Assembly: GCA_938036435.1 (NCBI GenBank)
Contig: CALHPU010000049.1
Coordinates: 15,434 to 79,433, forward strand
DNA from: an uncultured Pirellulaceae bacterium
GTDB taxonomy: Bacteria > Planctomycetota > Planctomycetia > Pirellulales > Pirellulaceae
Length of the DNA stretch: 64,000 bases
Direction: 5' to 3'
Part shown: positions 1-11,100 of the stretch, in pieces
Layout of the letters: each line of letters opens with the position of its first letter
Position numbering within the stretch: position 1 is the first letter of the stretch
The notes under the pieces: model-generated
Seen by the model: the letters and a program-made list of their open reading frames with translations, nothing else
What the model was told of the DNA's origin: nothing
Database searches by the model: none
Position numbers and translations under genes: made by a program

Positions 1-574
1 GCATGAGCAGTGGTTGCTCAGATTTTGCTTCGTTTCCCTCGAAACCCGTAAACGCCGTATCCTTTATTTGACTATCAGCTGGCTCGCGTCAATGCGACCC
101 GATAACGTCTCTCACATGGGGGCGATTCTAAAGTTGCTAGCTAGTCTGTCAAATGACAATTCACGATTTAGATACAAGTTTTCTCAAACGTCGGCAAACG
201 CTTTCCGAGTTTTCAAAAAAGATTGAAAAACCTGCCAAGTCGCTACCAGTTGCCAGTGTTGATAAATTGTTGCTTGTGAGTCGATGATCTGCCAACCAGA
301 TTTTGGTCGTGTTCGCGAGGCAAGGGAATTGATCTTGCGATGTGCTGTTGATCTAAATGCTTTCGCTCCGTTAATCCCTTAGGATATTGCCTCGGAACAT
401 AAGTTCATAATGAACTGATTCTTGCTCACGCCTCCGCTGTCTCCTTCACTCAACAGCGCGAAGGTGGGAATTGCGAAAACCGATGGCACCCCATCAACTG
501 CTGCCAAAATGGAACTACACCAACATTCGCCAAACCAACACTCGCCAAACCAAGCACTCGTTTTACCAACGAAT

Positions 575-2467
575 CTAACCCGGGATTTCGAGAATCGGAT
601 CAAATCCGGCATTTGAAAGTTGCTTGACCATCTTTTTTTCTTGGTGCAGCATCGTTGCGCGGTTCGATTCGAGTCTTCGTGTGACTTTGCGTTGGGCGTC
701 TCTAAGGAGTCGAATGCAGCTTTCGGAACTGAAGCGATTTCCGATTTCTTGCCGCAACTGTTGAGCTATTTCCGGCCCAAAAGCAATATCAACAAGATCA
801 TCATCGGCAAAATGAACGACATGAAATGAGCCGGGGTCTCCCTGCCTAGCGCATCTCCCGACCAACTGTCGGTCGATTCGTTTTGAATTGTGAATCCCCA
901 AAACGATGACATGCAGACCACCGGCTCGTTTCGCGACATCGTCCAATATAATGTCCGTTCCACGGCCCGCCATATTAGTGGCGATGGTAATCCGTCCCGC
1001 TTCTCCAGCCACTGAAATAATCTCAGCCTCGGATGAGTCATTTTTAGCATTGAGCAAGGTGTGCGGGACGTTGTTGCGTGAAAAAACACTCGACATCTGT
1101 TCGGAAATCTTAATCGTTCTAGTGCCAATTAGAACCGGCCTACCATCGTCAGTGAAGTGTGCCACTCTTTGCACGACCGAATCAAAAGCGTCCTCGCGTC
1201 TGCGAAAAGCAACAGCCGGATCCTGCTTCCGCAGACATTTTCGGAATGTAGGAATGGGTTTGACTTTTAGTTTATAGATTTTCTTAAATTCACGCGCTGA
1301 CTGGACAGCGGTTCCGGTCAGGCCCGAACGGAATTTGAACGCTCGAATAAAGTTCTGAACAGAAATCTTTGCAAGGTGCCCCGACTGTCCTGTAATCTCG
1401 AGTCCCTCTTTCGCTTGGATTGCTTGCTGCATGCCCTCACTCCACTCGCGCCCAATCCCCAGCCTGCCTGTGTTTTCATCAACGATAATGATTTCGTCAT
1501 CGCGAATAATAAATTTCTTGTCACGAATAAACTCGGTGTTCACGAGGATGGCCCGTTCCACGTATTCAAAAAGATCGAGAAGGCTGATGCGTTCGAAATT
1601 CAGGTCTTGGGCCATCTGCCTAACCCATGCTCGCCCGGGGTCATTGAGTTCGACTTTGTCTTTCAGGCTGTTTTTTAGATAGTGTTTTTCGAGCACAGCT
1701 TTCGTCGAAGTGGCATGAGCCCATTGAAAAAGGCGGCGGCGATATTCTGGCAAGGCCCTTTTCGCACTAGAAATAACCATTGGCGTCGCGGCATCATCGA
1801 TCAACAGGGCATCGGCTTCGTCAACAATGATTGCGTTGAGCGTGCCCCTTCCCACAAGAGTCGTTTCTGGCGTTACTCCGTGCACAACAGAGTGACGCCG
1901 CTTGGCTCTATCTCGCAAAAAATCGAATCCAAATTCACTGGTGGTTCCATACGTAACATCGCGAAGATAAGCCTCTCTTCTTGCATCTTCTTCACTATCG
2001 GATGTGATTGCCCCGACCGTAATGCCAAGCTTCTCAAACACTTTTTGCGCATGGTCAGCATCTCGACGTGCTAAGTAATCGTTTGAGGTGGCAAAATAGA
2101 GGCCTTTTCGGTTGAGCGATTTGAGAAAAACAGGCATCAGTGCGGTGAGCGTTTTTCCCTCCCCGGTCGCCATTTCGACAATACACGGCTTGCAGAGCTC
2201 GATACCACCGCGAATCTGTGTGGGGAAAGGCTGCAGCCCTGTAACGCGTTCAATTGCAGCGCAGGCAAGTCCAAATGCCGGGACCAGTAGGTCGTTGACG
2301 GTGGCCCCTGCCATCGCTTCGAATTGCAAATTACTACTTTGTTGTCGAAGCACTTCGTCCGGTTGCGTCTTGAGTCGTGCCGCCTCTTCTCGAATCTTCG
2401 CGACCGTCCGTTGGTGACCACCCGACAAATCACCAACAAGAATACTTTTGAAATTATCTGGGAACAT
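575..2467 (-). CDS. Short (630 aa) secondary SecA-like ATPase (SecA_DEAD family), lacking most of the C-terminal scaffold/wing region of canonical SecA
   Basis: SecA motifs MATGEGKT (Walker A), NDYLARRD, FGFDFLRD, IVDEAD, QAIQAKEGL, GLTGTA, ATNMAGRGTDI and QLVGRCARQGDPG. About 250 aa shorter than housekeeping SecA. Confidence 0.9.
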   Translation of the reverse strand: MFPDNFKSILVGDLSGGHQRTVAKIREEAARLKTQPDEVLRQQSSNLQFEAMAGATVNDLLVPAFGLACAAIERVTGLQPFPTQIRGGIELCKPCIVEMATGEGKTLTALMPVFLKSLNRKGLYFATSNDYLARRDADHAQKVFEKLGITVGAITSDSEEDARREAYLRDVTYGTTSEFGFDFLRDRAKRRHSVVHGVTPETTLVGRGTLNAIIVDEADALLIDDAATPMVISSAKRALPEYRRRLFQWAHATSTKAVLEKHYLKNSLKDKVELNDPGRAWVRQMAQDLNFERISLLDLFEYVERAILVNTEFIRDKKFIIRDDEIIIVDENTGRLGIGREWSEGMQQAIQAKEGLEITGQSGHLAKISVQNFIRAFKFRSGLTGTAVQSAREFKKIYKLKVKPIPTFRKCLRKQDPAVAFRRREDAFDSVVQRVAHFTDDGRPVLIGTRTIKISEQMSSVFSRNNVPHTLLNAKNDSSEAEIISVAGEAGRITIATNMAGRGTDIILDDVAKRAGGLHVIVLGIHNSKRIDRQLVGRCARQGDPGSFHVVHFADDDLVDIAFGPEIAQQLRQEIGNRFSSESCIRLLRDAQRKVTRRLESNRATMLHQEKKMVKQLSNAGFDPILEIPG

Positions 2468-2482
2468 CTAAGGTTCCTGAAT

Positions 2483-4744
2483 TTATAGTTTCGTGTTGGT
2501 AAACAATCGAATCATGCGCTGGAGCCGCCAAAAAACACTTCTCGGGCCGATGTAGATTTTCGCTGTCCCGGTTGAGCCAAAAAGCATCGATGCCGGGCCC
2601 TTGAGTTTGCATTTCCCGAGAACCACCGCAGCTTCCATGGCCGCGCCGTCGCTGTTGACCGGTTCACCAGAACTTTTCGCCTCCTCTGCTTGTGCAATGG
2701 ATTTGACAGTGGTTCCCTCTGATTCGAAATCTACCAAATTGCGAGGCAACTCCAATTCCTGACTAAGGAACGTTAGTTTACTTTGGTGAATTCCAGAGCG
2801 GTCCGAATGGAAAAGCATTTTCACTGCTTGACCGTTGTCAACGATATCTTGATCCGACTGTCTAATTGTCACCGTTGCGCAACACGAATCTTGCGAGCAA
2901 ATTCTGCAAATCTCCATACCAGCTTTAAGCCATGTTGACTGTTCGCTTAACAGTAGGTTTCCGTGATCGGTTCGCAAACTGCGTTCGTCGTTCATCCTCG
3001 CATTTTCTGACTTCCCCATGATGCCAAGGATTCGTCCGGAGATGGGTGCCCGAACCGTTAGGGCATCGCACCGCGAAGCGAGTTGCTGTTGTTGTTGCTT
3101 GAGGCTATCCAATTCCCCTCGCATTGCTTGCACACTTGGCTGATCGGATCCAGAAGTGAACAGATCATATTTGCGGATTTCAATATCTTTGCGTACGGAA
3201 GAAACTTTTTCACGCAGCTGGGAAAGCTCACTCATCAGAGCCGGGTTTGTCAGCTCAACAATCACGTCTCCTTGACTTACGAGGTCGCCTGGCCTGAAGT
3301 GCTTTTTTTCGAGAACACCTGGCTCGAGCGTTAAAACCGTCCGCCCCTCGCCTGCGTCCAGCGTGCAATCCGCAATCACATAGTACGGCGTAGGAATAAA
3401 CAGCAGTAATACCAGCACACTTACCAGCGCGACTGTGATCAGCAGGTTCTTCTTCTTGATTTTGATCATGGTTCCGGGGGTCTTGAGTTGCTTCCCCAAC
3501 TGGTAAAGAGGTGTTGCAAGGTAAACTAAAGTAATTATCAAAGAAAAAATGTAAGCTGCCGGAGCAAGGCCAAGTGGCATGGCTTGCTGAATCATGATAA
3601 CCCCCACCGTCAACATTAGCGATGCGCGAAAAAGGTAGGCCGCGACACCGTAGATCAACATAAACCACTTGTTATACTTTGAAACCCATGGGTCCGCCTC
3701 ATCCTTGATTCCCAAGGCATGAACCATAAATTGACGGCGAAGCTGATCGGTTGAATCTTTGGCCAAGTTCGGAATTTCAACGAGATCCGAGAGCACAAAG
3801 TAACCATCATACTTCAGTAGAGGATTACCATTGATTAAAACCGCGCTCAGCGAGCACACGAACATCAAATTGATCGCGACGCTTTCAACCCACCCCGGCC
3901 CTGAAAACCACCAGATGAACGTCGCACAAGAAAATATGAAAAGCTCGACATAGACTCCTCCCAACGCAATCGCGATTCGCGCCCACTTGTTGGGTAACAT
4001 CCAAGAATCGCTGGTATTACAGTACATCGTAGGCATGAAGAAAAAAATCATGACCCCAATTTCATGTACTTCGCCACCAAATCTTTTGAAGGAGTATGCA
4101 TGCCCCAGTTCGTGGAAAACCTTGGTGCCCGTCAAAACCAGCCCCAAAGTCAACCAGTTTGACGAATCAAGAAATGACCAGAGATCGGGCGCGCGTTGCA
4201 TTACCATTTCATAATGCAGAATCAGCCACAGAACCGATAGGCAAGTAAACACCATGACCGACAGGACCGCCTTCTGCGAAAAAGCCCAGCTCACGTAGGG
4301 GTTGGTCGCATTGAGAAACACCTCTGGATCAAAGCCCTTCCATTTGATCGCATAGACACTCATGAATTTTTGCTTCAGCTTATCTCGTTTCTTTTCCCTG
4401 CCCATTTCGAACAGTTTTTCGCCTTGGCGGGCATCAGTTGAATAGACCAGCGAATTCTCATGAAAGCGCCCGATTACTCTGGCCAAATCAAGCAGGCCGA
4501 CACGATACGGCGTAAATTCGAGTTCAAACCTGTCTCTCAACTCTTCAAAGGATACGGCACCGTCGAGCCAACGAAAGATCGCGTACTCCTGTTCGTTCAA
4601 CCTGTGGTATTGCTGATCCAACGGGTCTTTACAAATCCAGCACTGTTCGCCTTGGTAGAAAACTTCCTTAACCACAATGTCTGGACGCGGCCTTACCGTG
4701 ATCGACGACGAGGCACTTGATTGAGAATAGTAGCTATTGTTCAC
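2483..4744 (-). CDS. M50 (site-2) zinc metallopeptidase fused to a C-terminal HlyD-like adaptor, with a probable N-terminal PqqD/RRE-like domain
   Basis: HEXXH motif (FHELGH) in TM context and NGNPLLKYDG (NxxPxxxxDG). Multiple TM helices, then lipoyl halves and a coiled coil (PGDLVSQGDVIVEL...TVRAPISG). The N-terminus (KDPLDQQYHRLNEQEYAIFRWLDG..SFEELRDRF) resembles a PqqD-like fold. Confidence 0.85.
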   Translation of the reverse strand: MNNSYYSQSSASSSITVRPRPDIVVKEVFYQGEQCWICKDPLDQQYHRLNEQEYAIFRWLDGAVSFEELRDRFELEFTPYRVGLLDLARVIGRFHENSLVYSTDARQGEKLFEMGREKKRDKLKQKFMSVYAIKWKGFDPEVFLNATNPYVSWAFSQKAVLSVMVFTCLSVLWLILHYEMVMQRAPDLWSFLDSSNWLTLGLVLTGTKVFHELGHAYSFKRFGGEVHEIGVMIFFFMPTMYCNTSDSWMLPNKWARIAIALGGVYVELFIFSCATFIWWFSGPGWVESVAINLMFVCSLSAVLINGNPLLKYDGYFVLSDLVEIPNLAKDSTDQLRRQFMVHALGIKDEADPWVSKYNKWFMLIYGVAAYLFRASLMLTVGVIMIQQAMPLGLAPAAYIFSLIITLVYLATPLYQLGKQLKTPGTMIKIKKKNLLITVALVSVLVLLLFIPTPYYVIADCTLDAGEGRTVLTLEPGVLEKKHFRPGDLVSQGDVIVELTNPALMSELSQLREKVSSVRKDIEIRKYDLFTSGSDQPSVQAMRGELDSLKQQQQQLASRCDALTVRAPISGRILGIMGKSENARMNDERSLRTDHGNLLLSEQSTWLKAGMEICRICSQDSCCATVTIRQSDQDIVDNGQAVKMLFHSDRSGIHQSKLTFLSQELELPRNLVDFESEGTTVKSIAQAEEAKSSGEPVNSDGAAMEAAVVLGKCKLKGPASMLFGSTGTAKIYIGPRSVFWRLQRMIRLFTNTKL

Positions 4745-5723
4745 TCGATGCCTGTTTTGAATTGAGCATTGGGACCAATTTCCCTTGCATCCCTGGAAGC
4801 AAGATCCACGTGTCGCTACCTTCGGATTTTCGGTTCCAGATTTTCACGACTGCCAGAAATCGACCGTCACGTTCGACTCGTGGCAGATGAGAGGGATGTT
4901 CAAATTCAAACTCGCGCACACCAAGATTGGGTATCTCAATTCTAACGGTTCCCGTTAGGTCGTTGAACGCAGCAGGTGCGACCTGCGTCTGTCTCAACAG
5001 GACTGAACCGAGTAGGCGATCGAGTCGATATACTTCGGCGATTGGATCAGCCGCGGAAACCGCTTCGCCAGAATGTTTGAATTGCTTAAACACAATCCCG
5101 TCAAATGGAGCCCTAATTGCCGATTGCTTGATGTCAAGCTCGATGATTTCAAGCTCCGCTCGTTTGGCAGTAAGACGGTGTTGGGCCTGATCCATTTCTG
5201 AAAGCGCTCCCTGCAAAGCACTCATGTTTGATTCAACAGATGTTTGCGCCTCCATGATTTCCAATCGAGGAATTCGCGTCCGACTCGCCGCTGCGTTCAA
5301 CTCTCGACTGCGCATTTGCGACAGTTGCAAATCTTGTTGTGCTTTCGTCAGACCGGCGGAATTAGAGGCCTCCGCAGTGAGCGCGTCTATTTCTGCTTGC
5401 ACGCGTTTCGCTTCGAGCTCTTTCTTTTCTGAATACAACCTTGCCACGACCTGCCCTTTTGTAACAACGGTTCCAGGAACCAATGAAGCATCTTTTAGGA
5501 AGCCTTCACGTTTTGCAGCAATGTCGATTTTCTGAAGCACTTGAAGCCGGATGGGATAAGTCGCTGCTTCGCTGGATTTATCGTCGTTAGCGACGTCATT
5601 GGAAGCTTCCTGAGGCGACTGCTCTTGTGCACCACACAGACTAGAACATGGAATCATGCCAAGCATTACAGCAACGAACCACCCAAGGGCGTACACTCTG
5701 ATGGTCGATGGGGGCGATGGCAT
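4734..5723 (-). CDS. HlyD/RND-type periplasmic adaptor (membrane fusion protein)
   Basis: Hydrophobic N-terminus, PGTVVTKGQVVARL, long alpha-hairpin, IRAPFDGIV, LLPGM. Start moved from 5840 to the ATG at 5723 to avoid overlap with the upstream gene. The stop overlaps the next start. Confidence 0.8.
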   Translation of the reverse strand: MPSPPSTIRVYALGWFVAVMLGMIPCSSLCGAQEQSPQEASNDVANDDKSSEAATYPIRLQVLQKIDIAAKREGFLKDASLVPGTVVTKGQVVARLYSEKKELEAKRVQAEIDALTAEASNSAGLTKAQQDLQLSQMRSRELNAAASRTRIPRLEIMEAQTSVESNMSALQGALSEMDQAQHRLTAKRAELEIIELDIKQSAIRAPFDGIVFKQFKHSGEAVSAADPIAEVYRLDRLLGSVLLRQTQVAPAAFNDLTGTVRIEIPNLGVREFEFEHPSHLPRVERDGRFLAVVKIWNRKSEGSDTWILLPGMQGKLVPMLNSKQASSEQ

Positions 5724-5757
5724 TTTTAAGGCTCGGCAAAGGCAAGAAAACACAAAA

Positions 5758-7905
5758 TTAGAAACTAAACTCAAACCACTTTGACCGAACCCAGTCAACC
5801 GCCTCATAACACTTGCAGTAAGCAAATGAGTGTCTGCCACAGATTACTTTTGCGAGCACCGCAGTTTTTGATTTTCGTTCAGATTCAGGAATGGCTTCAA
5901 TGGCCATCGCGTGGATCGGCAAGGTGTAGCCAATGTGCTCATCACGTTCGAGACCCGGACTGACAAAGCTCACGTGTGCTTTGCGATCCGTTCCGGGAGC
6001 AGATGCGAGGCGAAAGGTAACAGGAAGGTTTTCGTCCTCTTCGGTTGCACGCTGCCAAGCTGCTTGCACGTAGCCGGCTCGCTGGTCCGGCACACGCAAC
6101 TCAAGCCTGAACGATGAATTAGACGGAATGACTGAAAACAGATAGACGCCTCTTTCTAGCGGGCGACCAAGAAGCCTACGCTCTGTTTTCCACCCGGCGA
6201 CGGTCCCGTCGAAAGGCGCCCGGATGACCAAGTGTTCCAATTCCTGTTCCATGAGTCGTGAGCGGGTTTTCAATTCAAGCAACTCGACTTCCAGCCGACT
6301 GACTTCTTGAGCAATCTCTGCTGGAACATCTTCAAGGCTGTTTGTCCTAGAAAAAAACTCACGACTCCGCGCATCGTTCAGGTCGGCGATCTCAATTTCC
6401 TTAGAAGCGACTTCGCCAGTGAGTTTCATCAGTTCTTTCTTCAATGAGAGGTTTTCAACAACCAACAAAACATCTCCCTTCTTGACTTTTTTACCATCGA
6501 AGGCATCTAAATTAGTGACTTCCCCTTCGCCACGGGTGTATAAATCAACAGTGTTTTCGAAAACCAAGTAGCCTTCGCAACGGATTTTGAAATCAGATGG
6601 GATGATGATTGAGGCAAGCAGTAGCAACCCAATAAGTGATGTTATCAAGATTGCTTTTCGTTTCGTCTGTCCCCGGTAGAGCGCCGCAAAACGACCAAGC
6701 ATCGTCCAGAATCGAATCAAGAAAATCGAATCGTACTGTCGAGAGAGACTGTACTGGTTTAAGACAAAGGGCTGGATCTGGCTCCAGTCTTGCTCAACGG
6801 TCTTTCGTTCAATCACATTCTCTATTTGCTCAACGAGAATCGCTCCGATCGTTTTCTGCTTGGATGCCGAACCCGGATTGATTGCCTCCAGTGTCGCTTC
6901 TTCCTCCGAGGGAAAAACTGGCTTGATGGTCTGGTTAAGCGGCAGGACAGCAAACGAATTTACAAGCGATTCGTCTGTGTAACTACGAACGCTCTCTTTC
7001 ATAGAGTCGGCCAAGTCATCAAAGTTGCCAGTGAACCAGAAGGGCTCCCCTGTTTTGGCAATTTTGCCCACCATGTTCTTCCCGGTTCGAATCGAATTAG
7101 AGCGTCGATTGAACTTAGGTTGGCCGCTTACCGCGATCGCCGTCGCGCTGGAGTTGTTTATGTCGAACACGGTGACTCGGTCGCATCCAAGAAAACTACG
7201 AATCTCGTTTGCCTGCACATGAGCCTGCTCTTCAAGCGGAAGTTTCTCTGAAACCTCTTCTGCCAGCCGCAGCAGCCGCCTTGACTCGTTGTAGTTTCTC
7301 TCGGCTTCAAGCTTGTCGACGAGCCCTTGTCGCAATTCATAAGCATTGCGGATCACATGTAAAAGTGGTTTGCCCAGAGAGGAAGCAGGGCAAATCGAAA
7401 TCAATACGTGCTGGTTGCTGATCGGACGCAGCCACACAATCGAATCGAGAGAGGTCTTCTCATCGCATTTCGTGTCGGCTGAACTCCCCGTGGTAGATGC
7501 GGACAGGACGTGGAAAGGTATGCTCCCGGAAGACTCTGGTTGCTGAATTGCGTCTGCTGGCACCATCGCTGCCGCGCTCAACGGCTCAACGAAGCCCGAT
7601 TCAGGGCAATGCCTCAAGCAGAATTCGGTTGCCTTCTCTAGTGAGAGCTCCATTCGGGTCTTAAGAAAATCGACAGGTTCAAGAGTATCGAGAAGCTGAC
7701 TTTCCTCACCCATAGTGTTAAGCCAAACCGGATCAGTTTTTCCGTCGCCGTCGGACGCAAAACATAATATTTCGCTAGCAGACGCTTTGGCGTGAGTATG
7801 GCAAACCCGCGCCAACTCGGTCAGAAATTGCGCAAAGTCGTTGGCGGAACCGTCGCTGAATTCGAAGCACTCTCCAGAATTTTCAAAAACACGGTACATG
7901 GCCAA
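5758..7905 (-). CDS. GAF-like domain + TM + HlyD adaptor protein
   Basis: GAF-like segment (ANEIRSFLGCDRVTV...AVSGQPKFNRRSN...IGAILVEQ), TM helix (AILITSLIGLLLLASIIIP), DGKKVKKGDVLL, coiled coil and IRAPFDGTV. Confidence 0.8.
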   Translation of the reverse strand: MAMYRVFENSGECFEFSDGSANDFAQFLTELARVCHTHAKASASEILCFASDGDGKTDPVWLNTMGEESQLLDTLEPVDFLKTRMELSLEKATEFCLRHCPESGFVEPLSAAAMVPADAIQQPESSGSIPFHVLSASTTGSSADTKCDEKTSLDSIVWLRPISNQHVLISICPASSLGKPLLHVIRNAYELRQGLVDKLEAERNYNESRRLLRLAEEVSEKLPLEEQAHVQANEIRSFLGCDRVTVFDINNSSATAIAVSGQPKFNRRSNSIRTGKNMVGKIAKTGEPFWFTGNFDDLADSMKESVRSYTDESLVNSFAVLPLNQTIKPVFPSEEEATLEAINPGSASKQKTIGAILVEQIENVIERKTVEQDWSQIQPFVLNQYSLSRQYDSIFLIRFWTMLGRFAALYRGQTKRKAILITSLIGLLLLASIIIPSDFKIRCEGYLVFENTVDLYTRGEGEVTNLDAFDGKKVKKGDVLLVVENLSLKKELMKLTGEVASKEIEIADLNDARSREFFSRTNSLEDVPAEIAQEVSRLEVELLELKTRSRLMEQELEHLVIRAPFDGTVAGWKTERRLLGRPLERGVYLFSVIPSNSSFRLELRVPDQRAGYVQAAWQRATEEDENLPVTFRLASAPGTDRKAHVSFVSPGLERDEHIGYTLPIHAMAIEAIPESERKSKTAVLAKVICGRHSFAYCKCYEAVDWVRSKWFEFSF

Positions 7906-8156
7906 GGCCGATTGGTAAAAGAGGACATTCGGGTGTCAAAACACGGGTTTAAATCTAGATTTTTGATGCTTCTGAGAAATGAAACTGATCCTCGCAAGTT
8001 GCCGACATTGGATATTAATCGCGAGTTTAGTTTGTAATTGTTATTACATATCTTACCATCGAGACAAATTTTGAGAGTTTTACTACGAAAGCCAAATAAT
8101 CGTTAAAGTTTAACTTTTCCAATTGACTTTTCCGGCGAACTCCTCCATTGAAAGGC

Positions 8157-11100
8157 ATGAACAGGTCAGGTTCCAATTCATTTGGTTATCCCCATGCAAT
8201 TACGGTGATTGCATTTGCCGTGCTGTGGTTTCTCACCCAATCAGGGGGCTCAACTCCACAGCAGGCCCCGCTTTATCAAAGAACCTCACCATGGCACGGG
8301 TATCACACGACCGCCGTGCCCGCTCAGTGGGCGAGTCAAGCTCCGCAGCGAGACCCTAACTACCCCTACTCGCCCAACCCCTCTCTAACTTGGCCTCAAG
8401 GTGGCCTCGTTCGACAGCACGGATCCGCCACCGCTGCAGATCCCGTCCGGCAACAGGAGCACGATCTGGAGATGAAGAAAAATCGCGACCGCGTCATTCT
8501 TGCGGCTGCACAACTGGCGATCGGTGGTTTCGCGGGAGGTCAAGTATCGTCAGGCGGTACCGATCTGAAGTTGGAGGAGATTTTCCCTTCAGAAAACTTG
8601 CCAATGATTCATGATGAATTCCCCACGACGCAGGGCAAACAACACACACTTCCGGAACCGCATCGAGTTCCGTCGAAGCTATCAAGTCCCTCGCAGGAAA
8701 ATCGCACAACCACACCACGTGAGATGGAGGCTTACTCCAATACTGATTTACCAAACGAAAAAACATCCCGTGAGTTGAAGGAATTTGAATTCCCCCTGCT
8801 GGAACAAACAGAAGCAGATGCGGGTAACTCAACCGACATTTGGACTAAAGATGACGGCGAAGATTGGGGGACTTTAGATGCTCTGCCACTACCTGAGGTG
8901 GCGGGACAGCAAAGTCTGGAAACATTCTTGATGAACGTGACTTCGCTACCTTTGACAACTGCGTCAACAACACTTAATTGGTCGCTGGACGATGCCATCA
9001 ATGCAGCGTTGCTTTATTCATTCAGGATAGCAGAACTGCGAATAACCACGGTTGAAAACTATCAAGACATCGGCATCCAGTTTGGAAGATTCGACACGAC
9101 CAGTTTCTTTCAACAGACTTTTCGTGACTCAAGTACACCTGTAGGCAATAACTTTGAGGTCGATGGGAACGCCCAAAGAATCAAAGGCGAGGAATTCAAT
9201 TTCGAATACGGAATCAGACAAGAGCTTCGATCGGGCGGCCAGATTGAACTGTCGAGACAATTTGGCACTCGAGACAATGACTCAGGGGTTTTAAACCCTC
9301 CCAATCAGGCAAGTTCTGAACTTTCACTAGCGTTCTCGAAGGAGCTACTCAGAGGCTCAGGGCGATCCATAGCAATGAACGAAGTGCTCATTGCCTCCCA
9401 ACGAGCCGAGGCCGGAAAGTTTGAAAGCGTCGCTCAAGTTACGGAGTTGTTGGGCCAAGTATCTGACGCTTACTGGGAAATTGTAAGCTCCCGGGCAAGG
9501 CTCATAGCAGCGATTGAAAGCGCAAATCAAGCAAAGTTGATCTGGGAAGACTTAGAAGCGCGACGTAACATCGACGCAGACCCAAATTTGTCTGAACAGG
9601 CGCGTGTCTCATGGAAGCAACAACAAGCGGCAGCCGATTCGTCTTTTGCGGACCTTTCAAAATCCCAGTTTGAACTGGTACGATTGGTGAACGCCCCTGA
9701 ATTGCTCCAAAATTTAGAGAGGATCGAGATTATTCCTGTGGGAATCGACTTCGAAGCCTTCTATCCTCCAGACATTGCTTCTCGTCAAAACACTGCGATT
9801 CATAGTCGGCCCGAGGTAAGTAGAGTCATTGAGGAAATCAAGGAAGCACAATTGCAGCATCAATTTTCAATTAATGAACTCCTACCAAGGTTAAACTTCA
9901 ACGCCGAAATGAACTTTGAGGGCCTTAGCGGGAATCGAGACCTTGCTGCTGCGGCGCGGAATATGTTTGACGCGAACGCCACATATCAACTTGGATTTGA
10001 TTTTGAATTACCAATTCAGAATCGCCAAGCACGATTTTCGAAACGCAGAGCAGAACTTACATTGGCGAAACTCAGGCAGCAGTGGTTGACGGCAGTGGAA
10101 CAGGTCAAAAATGATGTGCTGATAGCGGTTCAGGACTTGGAAACCAACAATGTATTGATCGAACGCCAACGAAGTATCTTTAACTCTTCCCTTGACAGGC
10201 TTGTATTCCTATTGCAACGTCGATACCGAATTCCAAAGCAAGGTGCGATTCCGAGTTTACAGTTAGGCCAACTCTTAGATGTTCAGGCGCAACTGGCCAG
10301 TTCCAAAGCAGACTATGTTGAAGCGCTGGCGAATCGCCAGCGATCTATGTTTGAACTAAATCGCGCAACCGGGATTCTGGTCAGGCCAGGAGATGCCGGA
10401 CTTTCACAACCTGGCAGAAATAAGGCCCTCGTTGTTTTTCGACAATATATTGAAGGAGATCACTTTTATCGAGAACACGCGGACCAAATAGCTGGTCATG
10501 TGGATTCTGTTTCCAAACGCCGATGCAGTACCTGGAACAAAGACTGCCTCGGGAAAAGAACTGATTTTTCATCGGCTGGTTTTGAGTACCCACTGGAAGA
10601 ATTTGCGGACTACTTGGTAGGGCAATGCGATTCGCAAGCTTGCCAAAGTGAGTTGCCTATCGGAGAGATGTCGGGAGACGTCGGTCAGCCAGTTTTCGGC
10701 AGCCAGTCGACAGGTTGGGCTGAATTCTACGCAGCCCCCGTGGAATCAGTTTACAGAAACACACCCAATCAAGCCGTGCAGGTAGGTCAACTCCAACGAG
10801 CCCAAGGCCCAGCATATGAAAGGGGTAACGGTGGGCAAAATTTATTTGACCGCCAATACAATAACGCTGCGACAAGGATGCCGCGGAAGCGAATGCAACA
10901 AGCGCAGATGCCTCAAAGATACCCTCTCCAAAGCCAGCAACATGCCGCCGGCATGCATCTTGCTTCCTCCCCTGATCAGAAGCCAGCCAAAAGCGGCGCG
11001 CAATCTAAAAAGCAGCCCCAAAACAAAGTATCTGGATATCCTTCGAGGGCAGTCGCACGACAAAACATGGGGGGCGTTACACTCGCAACGCCTTCAAATG

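Noticed and set aside
521-560. 15-bp tandem repeat CAACA(T/C)TCGCCAAAC
   Set aside because: Only about 2.5 copies. Likely slippage with no supporting context.
575-2467. Housekeeping secA or a secA pseudogene
   Set aside because: All motor motifs are intact in one clean ORF, and its length and HlyD/TolC context fit a secondary paralogue, so no gene symbol was given.
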